DNA of 64,000 bases, taken from positions 46,688,001-46,752,000 of the forward strand of contig NC_045696.1 in assembly GCF_009834535.1 (NCBI RefSeq), read 5' to 3'. Made by a program: the position numbers and the translations under genes. Of this stretch, positions 47,890 through 58,630 are shown one piece after another; the stretch's first letter is position 1, and every line of letters begins with the position of its first letter. This stretch comes from Camelus ferus. Taxonomy: Eukaryota. A model generated the notes under the pieces. That model saw only the letters and a program-made list of their open reading frames with translations. It was not told the origin of the DNA and did not search any database.

Positions 47890-50513
47890 GTGGTTAGAGC
47901 ATTACTGTCAAATGTGTAATAGGCTATAAAGGGTTAAAGAGGCCTGGCAGGCACTGTGTTTCCTCTGTTGTGGTGGAAGGGGCAGTTTATGATACTTCGC
48001 TCTTTACCTTAAGGGGGATGTCTTGGCATGCCCCAAACCACTGGACTTGGGAAAATGTCATTGACATGGTAGTCCCTGAATTTTCCTTAGAGGTATCTTC
48101 CACCTTTTGGAGTCCATGTGTCTTACCAAGACCTCCAAAATACTTGCCACTTCTTGAGTGTCTGACCTGATTAACATGATATCACCAATAAAGTGAAGAA
48201 ATTTATGGTTCTCTGGAACACCTAATCAGGTCACTACATTGTGAGAGGGAGAGAGTTAACATGGCCCTGGGGTAAGAACTGTATTGTTGTTTAGCCCATA
48301 TGCAATGATTGCATCCAATGTATTAGATACCATGCTAATTTGCTGTAGCAAAGATACCATTTTTGGAACAATGGTTACAACTGGGGTTATACTTAGTTGA
48401 GTTTGTAGTAGTCCACTGTCATACCACAGAGTCCATGCGACTTTTGAAGGTGTCAGACTGGTGAATTGAATGTGGATAGGGCAGTAACTGCCAATTTTGC
48501 ACCTTTTAAGTCTTTAAGACTGACACTGATCTATTCCCCAAGGATGCAGTGTTGGGTTTGATTTAATATCTTGTCCATGGTGGGAGGGATGATATGAGAG
48601 GCTTCTACTTGGCCTTTCCCATTATGAGACTTCTTATCCCACAGGCCAAGGAAGGAACAGAGAGATTTTGTTGACCTCATGTTCCAATTATGCACTCAGG
48701 GACTGGAGTAATAACCATTGGTTGGGTCCATACACTCAGTTGACCTACTGTGAGCCAGCTACCAATGTCAACACACGGTCTTGAATGTTTAAGTATTCCC
48801 CTTTCCCCAGTACATGGTTCCCTAAGTAGTTGATTGTAGCTCTATCTGGAGGACTGGGAGAATCGATACTATAGTACTTGTTATGATCTTGTAGTGTCCT
48901 TTGCTCATGAAACCCAGCCTTGCTTTCACTGGGTGGTTTCTGGATTGAAAACTGAATCAGGTCCAGAAACCTAGCAAGGGATTGTGACATTTTATTGTGG
49001 CAGTAGCCCTTAGCCTTTGTTTCTTTTGTTTTCCAGATTGAGAAATAACCTTGTTGCCTGCTCAGTCTTGACCTTGGAAATGCTGTGTTCCATTAACTAT
49101 CTCCACAGCACTACATGAGTCATGCCACCCCCACCCCTCAACCTTGCCACTCTTTACAGTAATTGGGCTCACTTTGCTTTTGATAGTTAAGTGTTACCAC
49201 TGGGCCTCTATTTTTTCAAGAGTCTACCAGCATTGTGCTATTTGAGAGCCAGTTTTGCAACTACACCATCCAAAATCAGTCCTGTTCTACAGAGGTCAAC
49301 CACCACTGAGATTTTTAACAATGCTCATGTCCCCTGCACATCCCATTTTCTTTGGTAAATGGAATGTCCTCTGAACTTTCTCACAGAACATAATAAGCTA
49401 ACAGGTTTTCTGACATTGCATGATGCAGCCACTTCAATACGCCCACTTTCCTAGCCTTTCAATCCCCTCCACCATCATTTACCCCAGTGGTGTTGGCTTG
49501 TCTCCCAAGGTTCTTGCCTTGATCTTAAACCCTGCATCAAGGGTTAGTGCACAAATATCTAACTAAAAACATCCTTCATCCAACTTTCTATTCCATCCCC
49601 CCTCAACCCAGTACCTCCAAGAATCCAGTCCATTTCTATTCTGCTGGCTCTTGCTAACAAATGTTGGCTACATCTTTCAGCTCCCTGGGTGTATAACCTG
49701 TTTTCTTGCTTTGCAATCCCAGCACTTCCCTAGCTGGATTATGTTATGACTTGACTCCAAGTTATTTTTCTAGTGATTATAAAGAGAGGTGTGGTAGATT
49801 ACAGGTTGGAGGTGGGGTGCACATTGCCTTCCTCCAGCTCCTGCCTCTCCTCCCCTCCTCATTCTCCTTGATTATACTTTCTTGAGCTGTGTGTGTGAAG
49901 TGGATACAGCAGAAGCTTCTGCCTTATGTTCAAATAAGGAAGAAGAAATAGACTTTAACAAGAAGAAATGGACCTTTTTTGGCCTACAGAGTCTAGCAGA
50001 ATATAAGGATTTAGATTTTTCTTCTTAACTCTCAGTCTTACTCCTTCCTAAATAGAGCTATGATCTTGGTGTAGGACTGTCAAGGTGAAATTTCAACCAC
50101 CATGGAGCTCTGCTACTTTTATACTTAAGTCCTGGCCCTGATCCTGATTCTTCTGCCTTCCTGCTGCAGGAGATGAGAGTCCCTTTAAATACTGCCAAAG
50201 AGGCCCCCTCTGGCTTTCATACTTTTCTCATATTGATGGGTTAGTTGCCTTCAGGCTTTCACTGACGTTCTCTAACGCATGGACGGCTCATTCAGTTCCA
50301 AAGTCCTTACCATTACCATTCACCACAAAATTCTCCAATGCCAGATATATTGTACTTCCACCAGTATTCCATCCCAGTTCACCACTTGTAAAAGTTCTAA
50401 GGATTGTACTGCAAGTACATGCCAAGGGCTATTAATGCTTCATCTCCCACCAGTGAAGGAGTCATCATTGTCAGCTGGCTGAGGTCCGTTTTCCTGGGCC
50501 TCTTCTGGTACTA
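47890..50513 (-). pseudogene. Decayed ERVL internal region (gag-pro-pol/RT; HERV16/ERV3-16A3-like)
   Basis: Minus-strand fragments FNSPV*HLQKSHGLCGMTVDYYKLN, PQGHVNS, HFIGDIMLI (HFIGD at 48181-48195; degenerate YIDD) and VQWFGACQDIPLKVK match ERVL RT; many stops and frameshifts. Confidence 0.88.
50498..50513 (-). promoter_or_regulatory. Retroviral primer-binding site, tRNA-Leu type
   Basis: TAGTACCAGAAGAGGC directly after the LTR end; 13/16 to recalled TGGTACCAGAAGTGGG. Confidence 0.7.
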
Positions 50514-50935
50514 TGTGGTGGGTCAGTTTCCCTAGGACACAGACTCTGAAATTCTTAGAACTTTGTGCTGCCTTATTGGGAGAGTGCTCTCAGGAGCGAT
50601 AAGCATAAGAGGTGAGGGGGAGAAAAGAATTGGGCCTAGGAAGAAATTGAACTGCCATGTAATTACAATAAAGCCCCAACCAACTTTAAGAAGAACCATC
50701 AGATGGTTCTTCAGACTTGTCCTGTCCTGAGGCAAAGTGCTGGACCTTCAAAAACCATACCCACCCACCAAACATCTTGCCACCAGGTAGGGAGGGTGAC
50801 CTTGGTGGGTGCAACTCTCTTTGGCTGTTGCTAATTCTTGGAGAGGAGCTCCACTGAGAACTCCCAGAATCTGGGGGAATGACAGTGTTGGTCTTGGAAA
50901 AAGGATCTGGTTGGTACATCACAAAATCCATTATT
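50514..50935 (-). mobile_element. LTR16A-like ERVL 5' LTR
   Basis: 'cagactctga...ttattgggagagtgctctcagg...ttgaactgccatg...tgggggaatga...ggatctgg...cacaaaatcca'. Confidence 0.85.
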
Positions 50936-50948
50936 TTCCACTAGATGA

Positions 50949-51331
50949 TATTAAAAATAAGACAACAGGCCCCAAATGGAATTGCTTATGCTAAGCTCCA
51001 CATCACCAAACCAAGACTTAACTTTGGCTCTCCCAGACATGGAATCTTAAACTTGTCAATCAGAAATCACCTAACCAGCACTACTTAGGTCATCTGCCCG
51101 ATGGACCCCTGCCATCCCCTAAGGGAAAGTATCCTTACAATAACCAACCTGCTTTTTGCCAAGTATAACTTTCTTGTACCTACTCCCTTCTGCCTATAAA
51201 AGTCTTTCATTTTGCACAGTTCCTTGAAACTCCTTTCTCTCTGCTGGATTGGATGCTGTCCCATTCATGAATCACTGAATAAAGCCAATAGGATCTTTAA
51301 AATTTACTTAGTTGAATTCTGTATTTTAGCA
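50949..51331 (+). mobile_element. ERV1-class solo LTR
   Basis: 4-bp TSD ATGA (50945-48 / 51332-35), TATAAAA 51195-51201, AATAAA 51278-51283, ends CA. Confidence 0.8.
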
Positions 51332-51649
51332 ATGATAACGACTTTCCATCTCTGCACTAGGACCTACCAAATATTTCTAACTGATTGACTATTTACCCAA
51401 TGCTAGACATAGCAGAGCGACAGGAGGGGTGGAATTAGAGAGTGAGATACTGAGAGATAAATGCTGTTCCAATAAGAATTCCCAGCGCTGACTTTCCAGT
51501 TTCCCTCAGGTGATTCTGGGTATTGGGCCCGGCATGATCCCTTAGCACACAGGAAATGGTCTTGGAAAAGACATTCTGTTCCAAGGTTCTCACATCAGAT
51601 TAGATGTTGCACAAGTCCGAATAGTCTGAGAAGTAAAAGAAAGGGTAAC

Positions 51650-52400
51650 TGTGATGCTGTAATTTATAATAAGAAATTTACATTTGATTTTCATCCACTG
51701 TTCCTGGCACAAAACTCCCGGAACTCTTGGAAGTTCCCAAGTAATAAAAGCAATAAAGTTGGCATTTGTTATGTTAATGAGGTGACTTTTGGAAAGTCCC
51801 TAGGTAACCAGAAGATGGGGGCTGGTTGCCAAGAGAACCAAACTAGTGACTAGAGGGTTAGAAGTTTCAGTCCCATTCCCCAGTCGAGGGATAGGTAGGG
51901 GGCTGGAGATTGAGTTCCATCACCAATGGCCAAATGATTTAATCAGCCAGTGCTATGTAATGAAGCCTCCATATCAGCATAGAAAGATGGGATTCAGAGA
52001 GCTTCCAGGTTGGGAAACACATGGAGATTTGGGGAGACTGGCACTCTTGGAGAGGGCAGGGAAGCTCTGTGCCCCTTCTCCGTACCTTGCTCTTTGCATC
52101 TCTTTCATTGGGCTGTTTCTGAGTTACATCCTTTTATAATAAACCAGCAATTTAGTAAGTAAAGTATTTCTTTGAATTCTGTGAGTCGCTCTAGCAAATT
52201 AATTGAATTCAAGGAGGGGACTTATTGGAACCTCCGAGTGATAGTTGGTCAGAAACACAGGTGACAGCCTGGACTTGCAATTGGCCTCTGAAGTGGGGGA
52301 AGGGGCAGTCTTGTAGGACAACCCTTGACGTGTGGGATCTGACATTGTCTCTAGGTAGATAGTGTCAACTGAGTTGTTTGGTGGTGCAGAAAAAAGCATA
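51650..52400 (+). mobile_element. MER21-family LTR
   Basis: 'tgtgatgctgtaatttataataagaaat...ggggctggttgcca...caccaatggccaaatgatttaatca...ttctgtgagtcgctctagcaaatt'. Confidence 0.88.
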
Positions 52401-52418
52401 TCAAAAACCAAAGCAACA

Positions 52419-52496
52419 GAGGAGGTTTATAGCTCAGTGGTAGAATGCATACCTAGCATGCTTGAGGTCCTGGGTTCAATCCTCAGTATTAAAAAC
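52419..52496 (+). mobile_element. tRNA-Ala(AGC)-derived SINE or retropseudogene (short Vic-1-like)
   Basis: A box TAGCTCAGTGG, B box GGTTCAATCC, 'tagcatgc' anticodon arm, A-rich tail; TSD ACCAAAGCAACA at 52407-52418 and 52501-52512. Confidence 0.88.
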
Positions 52497-52559
52497 AAAT
52501 ACCAAAGCAACAAGGTTTGGACTTTTAACATCATTAGAGCCACAGTCAAAAGATAGTAG

Positions 52560-52792
52560 CAAGGGAAAACCTACTGCCCTTAGAACCAGAAGATAAAGAA
52601 ATTTAGAGTCTAGTCCTGGCTTTGCTCCTCATTAGCTAAAGTATTTTGGGAAAAATTATTTAACCTCTCTGCATTTCAATTTTTTCAACTGTTAAATGAG
52701 TATAGTGTGACCAAGCTGTGTCACACTCACTTCACAGGCGGCTGCAGGAACCAGCCGGGCAATGTTCGTGAAACGCAAAGCGTTATTATTGT
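52560..52792 (+). mobile_element. MIR SINE
   Basis: 'tctagtcctggctttgc...tttaacctctctgcatttcaattttttcaactgttaaatgag'. Confidence 0.7.
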
Positions 52793-53264
52793 TTTGGTTA
52801 AAAGGGGAATTTCTTTAAGGATTGTAACAAGGGGTCTAAATTGACTTTGTTTTTATACTTCATTAGCTTTGAAACACTCACAGGCAAAGTTTTCCAAATT
52901 ATACTTACTATTTTACTTTAAAGTGGATGTTTTTGCCTCTCTACAGGATTCTAAAGATATACTCAAAAGAAACCTTGCCCAGTGTGACCCACTGACCATC
53001 AGTCTAGGAGGCCTTGGTTTGAAAACCTCCCTTTGATGGTATAGAAAGGACCAATTGCAAACAAATCGTTTAATAATAGGAGAAGGCCCTTTTACACAAT
53101 AGCGACGAGAAACAAAACCGCGAGTAATGTACGCTGAGTCTCCCAGGTCAGCAATCCTCAGAAAGAGAGAGAGAGAAAAGGAGGACGGGTGGAATGATAA
53201 TAACACTTTACGTTCATACAGATTTTCCCCTCCGTTGGCTCCCAAGCATTTGGCAAACTTTAAT

Positions 53265-53460
53265 TGGCTAATCCTCGCACATCCCTCTGAGGTTAAGTAG
53301 GCTGGAGGTATTATCCCTGATTTTCAAATGGAAGAATAAAGGTGCAAAGAGCTTAAGTGCCTCTCCTGAGGTAAGGACCACGGGCCTAGCAATAAAGTGA
53401 GAACCGAGGGGGCACAGGACCCTGACTCCCAATCCACAGCCCAGACTCTGAGATCTCATC
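53265..53460 (-). mobile_element. MIR SINE
   Basis: 'taatcctcgcacatccctctgagg...tattatccctgattttcaaatggaagaa'. Confidence 0.7.
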
Positions 53461-53653
53461 CTGCAGAATCATTTGAGTCTTTTGTCCGTCCTTCTGAAGC
53501 ACAGTCCTTGACAATTCATTTTCCCAAAAACAAAAGATATGGTATCTTTTCTCCTCTATAGCATTTGCTTTGGATCAAAGGCAAAGATACATATTTTCAG
53601 GCATGACAAACTTTCCTACAGTTAAGCAAATCTCAATGTGGGCAGAAAAGAAG

Positions 53654-53657
<4 letters not shown>

Positions 53658-53706
<49 letters not shown>

Positions 53707-53731
53707 TGTGTGTGTTTGTGTGTGTGCGTGT
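53658..53731. repeat. (TG)n microsatellite, interrupted
   Basis: Read directly. Confidence 0.95.
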
Positions 53732-54472
53732 TTAATTTCCAAGTAAGACATTGATGTTCTTTTCTGGGGCTGAACACTCTTTGAATCCAACAGTGAGGCA
53801 GAGCTTGCGAACAAAACCCTTCCTATTCACTTCAAACTGTAGTATCTTTGCTAAACATTCTTCGGAAAATTCCCAGCTTTGTTTAATAGATTACCAAGGC
53901 TGCTCTTCAAACTACTCAGCTGACCCCCATTCATCCAGTCTCCTGGATGTTGCCAGGAGAAACAGACTGTCCTCACCAGATTAAAGCTTGCCGTGGGATA
54001 CAAGACAATTTTGCACTAAAAAAATACTCTGATGAGACTTGGAAAAAGCATTTAGGTATATATGCAGGTAGAAAATCTGTGAGTCAGTACAAGTAGAATT
54101 ATTTCACCTTAATGAGACTCACAAAGCTTTGACTATTTGAAGCCCAGTCACTATGTGGCAAAAATGAATTTGTATTCAGATTCCATCCAACACTACAATA
54201 CATTCAGGGCCTGGTGCCGAGGGCTCCATCAGAATCCTGAGGGCCTTCAGTTCAAGACCCACAGCACCCATAGTGATAGTGTGCACCCCCAAGGAGATAA
54301 AAACCTGAGATCCTTTGAATTGGAAGTTGGAGGGGATTTCTTGAGGAGGTAGGAGAAGAGAAAAGGCAGATTGCAAAAGGATAACTTGTACCACGGCAAA
54401 CTGATGATAATTCCCAAGCCTGATATCTAAGTCAAACCATGTCCAGCTTCTGGTGTGAGTATGAATACGTTG

Positions 54473-54733
54473 TGTTAAAAGATAAACTGAGGCAGATTAA
54501 ACATTTTACAAGTTTATTTGAACATTTGTCTATTCCGGTGGGGCAAGGCCAGATCTGAAGTGGTCAAGGGAAGGACCTATACAGAGAAAGGGAGGAAGCA
54601 AAGAAAGGAAATGATCTGATTGGCAGTAGCTCAAAGCTCCTTGACTGTGACATTGACAGGCTTAGAGTTTGGTTTACTTACCTGGTTCCAGGCATTAGAG
54701 CCCCCCTCAGTCTAATGGCCTCCCTGTTAGCAG
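54473..54733 (-). mobile_element. ERV1-class LTR fragment
   Basis: 'tgttaaaagataaactgaggcagattaaac...gtttatttga...tgattggc...cagtctaatggcctcc'; antisense AATAAA and CCAAT. Confidence 0.6.
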
Positions 54734-54734
54734 C

Positions 54735-54910
54735 AGGGAGTCAAAAGCTCCCTGGACTTGGTCCCCGCAGACGTGAGTTGGGGTCAAGCTCTGCTAGTCA
54801 CTATGTCTGTGCTCTCAGCAAAGGTTTTGATATTTATGGGCCTCGTTCCTTATACGTCAAACAAGGGAGCTGGGGGATTGTTAAGTTTATTTCTTATGGT
54901 CTCTGAATGG
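54735..54910 (+). mobile_element. MIR/MIR3 fragment
   Basis: 'ctggacttgg...agacgtgagttggggtcaagctctgcta...tgggcctcgttcct'. Confidence 0.5.
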
Positions 54911-55258
54911 CTAGTGGCCAAACGACCAGTCAGCCCTCCTCTCCTCTGTCGCTTCTTCTCTCCTGATCAGACCAGGATTTTTTCCTGTCAGGTGCTTTTA
55001 AGGGCACAGTCCTCTTCCCCGAGCTGGCTGCCCAGAGCTGCTAAGGCCCGCCTCTGAGGAGAGCGGAGGAGGAACACCTGTGGGAGGAGGGCTTGTCCCG
55101 GCTGCGGCCTCACTCTCTCTCACAGGCCCTTCACACACAAATCTCATTTGCTCTTCAACCCTGGGAGGAAAATCTCGTTCAGATCATTTTACAGGTCAGG
55201 CAACTGAAGGGCAGAGGCACTCAAAGGACTTGAGATCACACAACCATGAGGATAGTGT

Positions 55259-55432
55259 GAGGCCTGGCTATGCAATTTGTGGGGCCGAGTGCAAAATAAA
55301 AGTGTGGGGCCCCTTGTTCAAAAATTATTAAGAATTTCAAGAGGGTGACAGCAGAGCATTGAACCGAGTGAGGGGACCGTCCAAGCTCAGGCCCCTGACT
55401 GCACCGGCCAGGAGCCCGTGAGGCCAGGCCTG
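55259..55432. mobile_element. MER45A hAT-Tip100 MITE (next to a MIR at ~55120-55250)
   Basis: 'aatttgtggggccgagtgcaaaataaaagtgtggggcccttgttcaaaaattattaagaatttcaag...cagcagagcatt'. Confidence 0.88.
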
Positions 55433-55459
55433 CGGAGGATCAGAATACAAAGCTGCTCT

Positions 55460-55850
55460 CTGTGTGCTGTCTGCATTGTCTCCATTGCCCCTGCCAACCC
55501 CCTCCAGACACCTCTCCAGGTGCTCCGTACCCAGGAGGCTGGCCTCTAGGATGTGCCTTCTGGCTGCCGGTTGGTGTGGCCAATGGGAGGTACAGGCAGG
55601 AGGCGGGAGGATGGGACAGTGTGAGTTTCCTCCCCGCCAGGAGACATTACTGTGTTCCCTCTCTCTCTCCAGCCCGGTGAAGGTGACCCATCTCCTGGCC
55701 ACAGCTCCTGCAGATTTGGCTAATGGTCCCCTCCCTGCCCCTTCAGGCCGCAGTTTCCTCTTGCTTGTCCCAGCGTTCTCCACCATCCCTCGCCACTCTC
55801 CACACGTGTAGGAATCGCCCTCTTCTAAGGGTGTCCTCCATTTCCTACAG
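55460..55850 (+). mobile_element. LTR33-like ERVL LTR
   Basis: 'cccaggaggctggcct...ttctggctgccggttggtgtggccaatgggaggtacaggcaggag'. Confidence 0.8.
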
Positions 55851-56359
55851 GCTGCCTGTTAGTTGGCTTGCCCAACTCTCCCTTTTTCTTTTGGAAACTG
55901 CATCCTGCTTTTTCTTGGAAGAACCGTCCTGCCTCCAGGTACCCAGGGATCATATGATTCTGGATGGGTAATCAGAGTCCCCTGATCTCTCTTGCCACAG
56001 TGACTGCCTCAGAATGCACATGTCCCCTCGGGGCCATTTCTGCTGAAATTAGTCTCTTTCCTTTCAGATGTCAGAACTTTTTTCTGTGAAGGACCAGATA
56101 GTAAATATTTTAGGCTTTGCAGCCTACACAGGGTCCTGTCTCACAGCCTTCTTTGTTTGCTGTTTTACAACACATTAAACATTTAAAACCATTCTTAGCT
56201 TGCCATGTGTGGAGGTGGGGGCCTACAAAAACAGGCCACCGGGCCAATAGTTTGCTGACCCCTTAGGGTCATAGTGCAGGAAAAATGAGTCAAGGAGCTA
56301 TTTGCAGCAATTATCTCTAGTGGCATAGAGGAAGCCAGCATGAGTGCGTGTACATACAC

Positions 56360-56394
<35 letters not shown>

Positions 56395-56572
56395 CAAGGA
56401 GAGAAATTTCTGGAAGCATTATGTCTCCATTAGAGTCCCCAACACCTTGGTTCTCAACTCTCTCTTCTACCTGTGAGCCACCCAGCACTCCTCCCAGTTA
56501 CTAAGCTAACCTGAGCTGATCTGAATTAGGTTTCTATTACCTGCAAACCACCAGTGCTCCCGCTAACATACC
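55850..56572 (+). mobile_element. Old MaLR LTR (MLT1K/L-like) split by MER58C; contains (CA)n at ~56355-56391
   Basis: 'cttgccacagtgactg...cacatg'; 3' end 'tgaattaggtttctattacctgcaaacc'. Confidence 0.6.
56065..56264. mobile_element. MER58C-like hAT MITE
   Basis: 'aactttttctgtgaaggaccagatagtaaatatttttaggctttgcag...aaaaccattcttagct...tagtttgctgacccct'. Confidence 0.88.
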
Positions 56573-57525
56573 TTCCTACCTCCAGAACCCACAGCCAGCC
56601 CCTCCCCTGACTCCAGTGGTCTCAGAGCAATTCCCACGCAGCCCAGGAACCGCACAGCTCTTGGTCAAAGTTACGTGACCAAGACCACTCTTGCTGAAAG
56701 CTTCATACAGTGGACATGTACAGTATTTTTTTAGGATAGAAAATTGGAAAAATAGGACATTTTAACCAAACATGAATGAGAGCTCTGTCTGCACACACCT
56801 TCAGAGTCACAACTCACAGTCCAGGCGGCATTGCTGTTTCTAAACAGGGTCTCTGTAGCATCACGGGTGCTCAGCCGAGGTCTCTGACCAGGAACCTGGG
56901 GCTTCAGGAGCAACTGCTGCCTCTGCCTCAAATTCAGTGGGCCCTGACAAAGAGTTGCTATAAGAATGCATTGCAGGTCATGTTCAAAAACTGCTGTTGC
57001 AAATGACCGATTGTCCTTCTTGTGCAGATGTAAGAAAGGAGCATTTAATAGGCAGGACCTGTAGCATTCACTGACAGGGGAGGCCTGGCTGCCACACGGA
57101 CCAGCTCCATCAGCCCAATGACTGACCTCCAGAAGCAAGATTTCCGTGGTATGTCTGGTAGGGACACTTTTTTCCTTAAGAGAAATGTTTTGGCAGAGAA
57201 GTTTATAAAAAAGCCTCCATAAGCTTCATCCATGACTCGACTGGGGAGGTGGACTGTTTTGAAATAATTCTCCACCCTTTTCAGAACAAGGAAAGCAAAA
57301 TGGTTCTGGAATGGGAGTTACACATGGTGATGGTCAACCTCAGTGTCAAATATTCCGTCCCAATGTTCCCATTAAGTCAGCTCTTATTTGATTTGATCAC
57401 ATGTCTGGATTTGGGTTATAGGAAGATGGTGCACCACAAGGAGAAGGCTGGGAGGGATTGTCTTTCTGAACTGAGTGGATCGGTTAGCCCTTTCAGGGAG
57501 GCAGGAGGTGTTGACTACTAGACTG

Positions 57526-57690
57526 CAGGGTCTCTTAAACATGCTGTGCATGTGAGAACCTCCTGGGATCTTGAGAAAATGCAGATTCTGATTCAGTGGT
57601 TCTGGGATGGAGCCTGAGTGTCTGCATTTCTAGTAAGCTCCCAGGTGATGAAGATGAAGATAATCTAGGAATGCATCGTGAGTAGCAAGG
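57526..57690. mobile_element. MER5B hAT MITE
   Basis: 'cctgggatcttgagaaaatgcagattctgattcagt...ctgcatttctagtaagctcccaggtgatg...gagtagcaagg'. Confidence 0.88.
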
Positions 57691-57810
57691 AACTAGAGGA
57701 CAATGGTGCTTTAGTGCTGGTGACATTTAGCTGCTAATAATTGTTAATAATAAGAGGAAACATGCATTGAATGCTAACTACAAGACAGAAGTCACAGCAT
57801 TAGTAAGGAA

Positions 57811-58630
57811 TGTTGCTAGAAACTCTCACTAAGCCCACACTCTTTCTGCCACTCCACACTGGTGCACTGCATGGCAGAGGTGAGTGGGGAAACTCCAGCC
57901 CTCACAGCCCAACATGAGGTCCAGACCACTGGCAGCCCAACTCACCAGCAGCTCAGGTGCATACCTGGCTTACTTATCAGGCAGAACTTTCTGGATAGGG
58001 GCTTGGCCTTGTTCAGTGAGAAATAGTCCAGGATTTTAAAGAAGTACATCTGGCATTTCCAGACACTGGGATGAACAGGCTAGTCCTTCTGCTCAGCCAA
58101 TATGACCAGTGAGGTGGGAAGCCCCATGAAAAGACTGGCAGGACCCACGGGCAGGGCCACTACTTGCCTGCCAGCCATCCAGTTCCCTGGCCTGGTGGCA
58201 TTATCTTGCTTTTTGCTTCTGTAAAACAGCTTGCTTCTAGGAAAGTGGAACTTACCCCTAAGATTCTATTGGTTCCCGAAGCTCACTCCTGGTTGGTCCA
58301 TTTGTAACACCTACTCTGCATATGGCGTGAACCTAGCTCACTCCTAATTGGTCCATTTCTATCACTCCTGATTGGTTCACTTCTAACACCTCATTTGCAT
58401 AAAGCTCATTCCTGATTTGTCCACTTTGTTACACCTTATTTGCATATGATGTTGCGAAGTCTAGACTGGCAGCGTATAAAATCCCGTGTAAATCTACAGA
58501 CGCTTGGAGTGTTAACTCCTCTGGGCCTGCTGTAATAAAACTGAGTTCTCCAGGCGTCCGAGTGCTGCTTGGTCTCTCACCAGGATCCAGGTTGCTGTCA
58601 CACTGAGCTGTAACACACTTTGCTGTAACA
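57811..58630 (+). mobile_element. ERV1-like (gammaretroviral) solo LTR with repeated CCAAT/octamer modules; 5' boundary uncertain
   Basis: U3-type repeat array 58268-58446, TATAAAA 58475-58481, AATAAA 58534-58539, ends TGTAACA; no TSD found. Confidence 0.7.

Noticed and set aside
52419..52496. Functional tRNA-Ala gene
   Set aside because: Acceptor stem does not pair; A-rich tail and TSD indicate retroposition
58268..58446. CRISPR-like array
   Set aside because: Eukaryotic context, degenerate adjacent units with no unique spacers, and no cas genes; explained as an LTR U3 repeat
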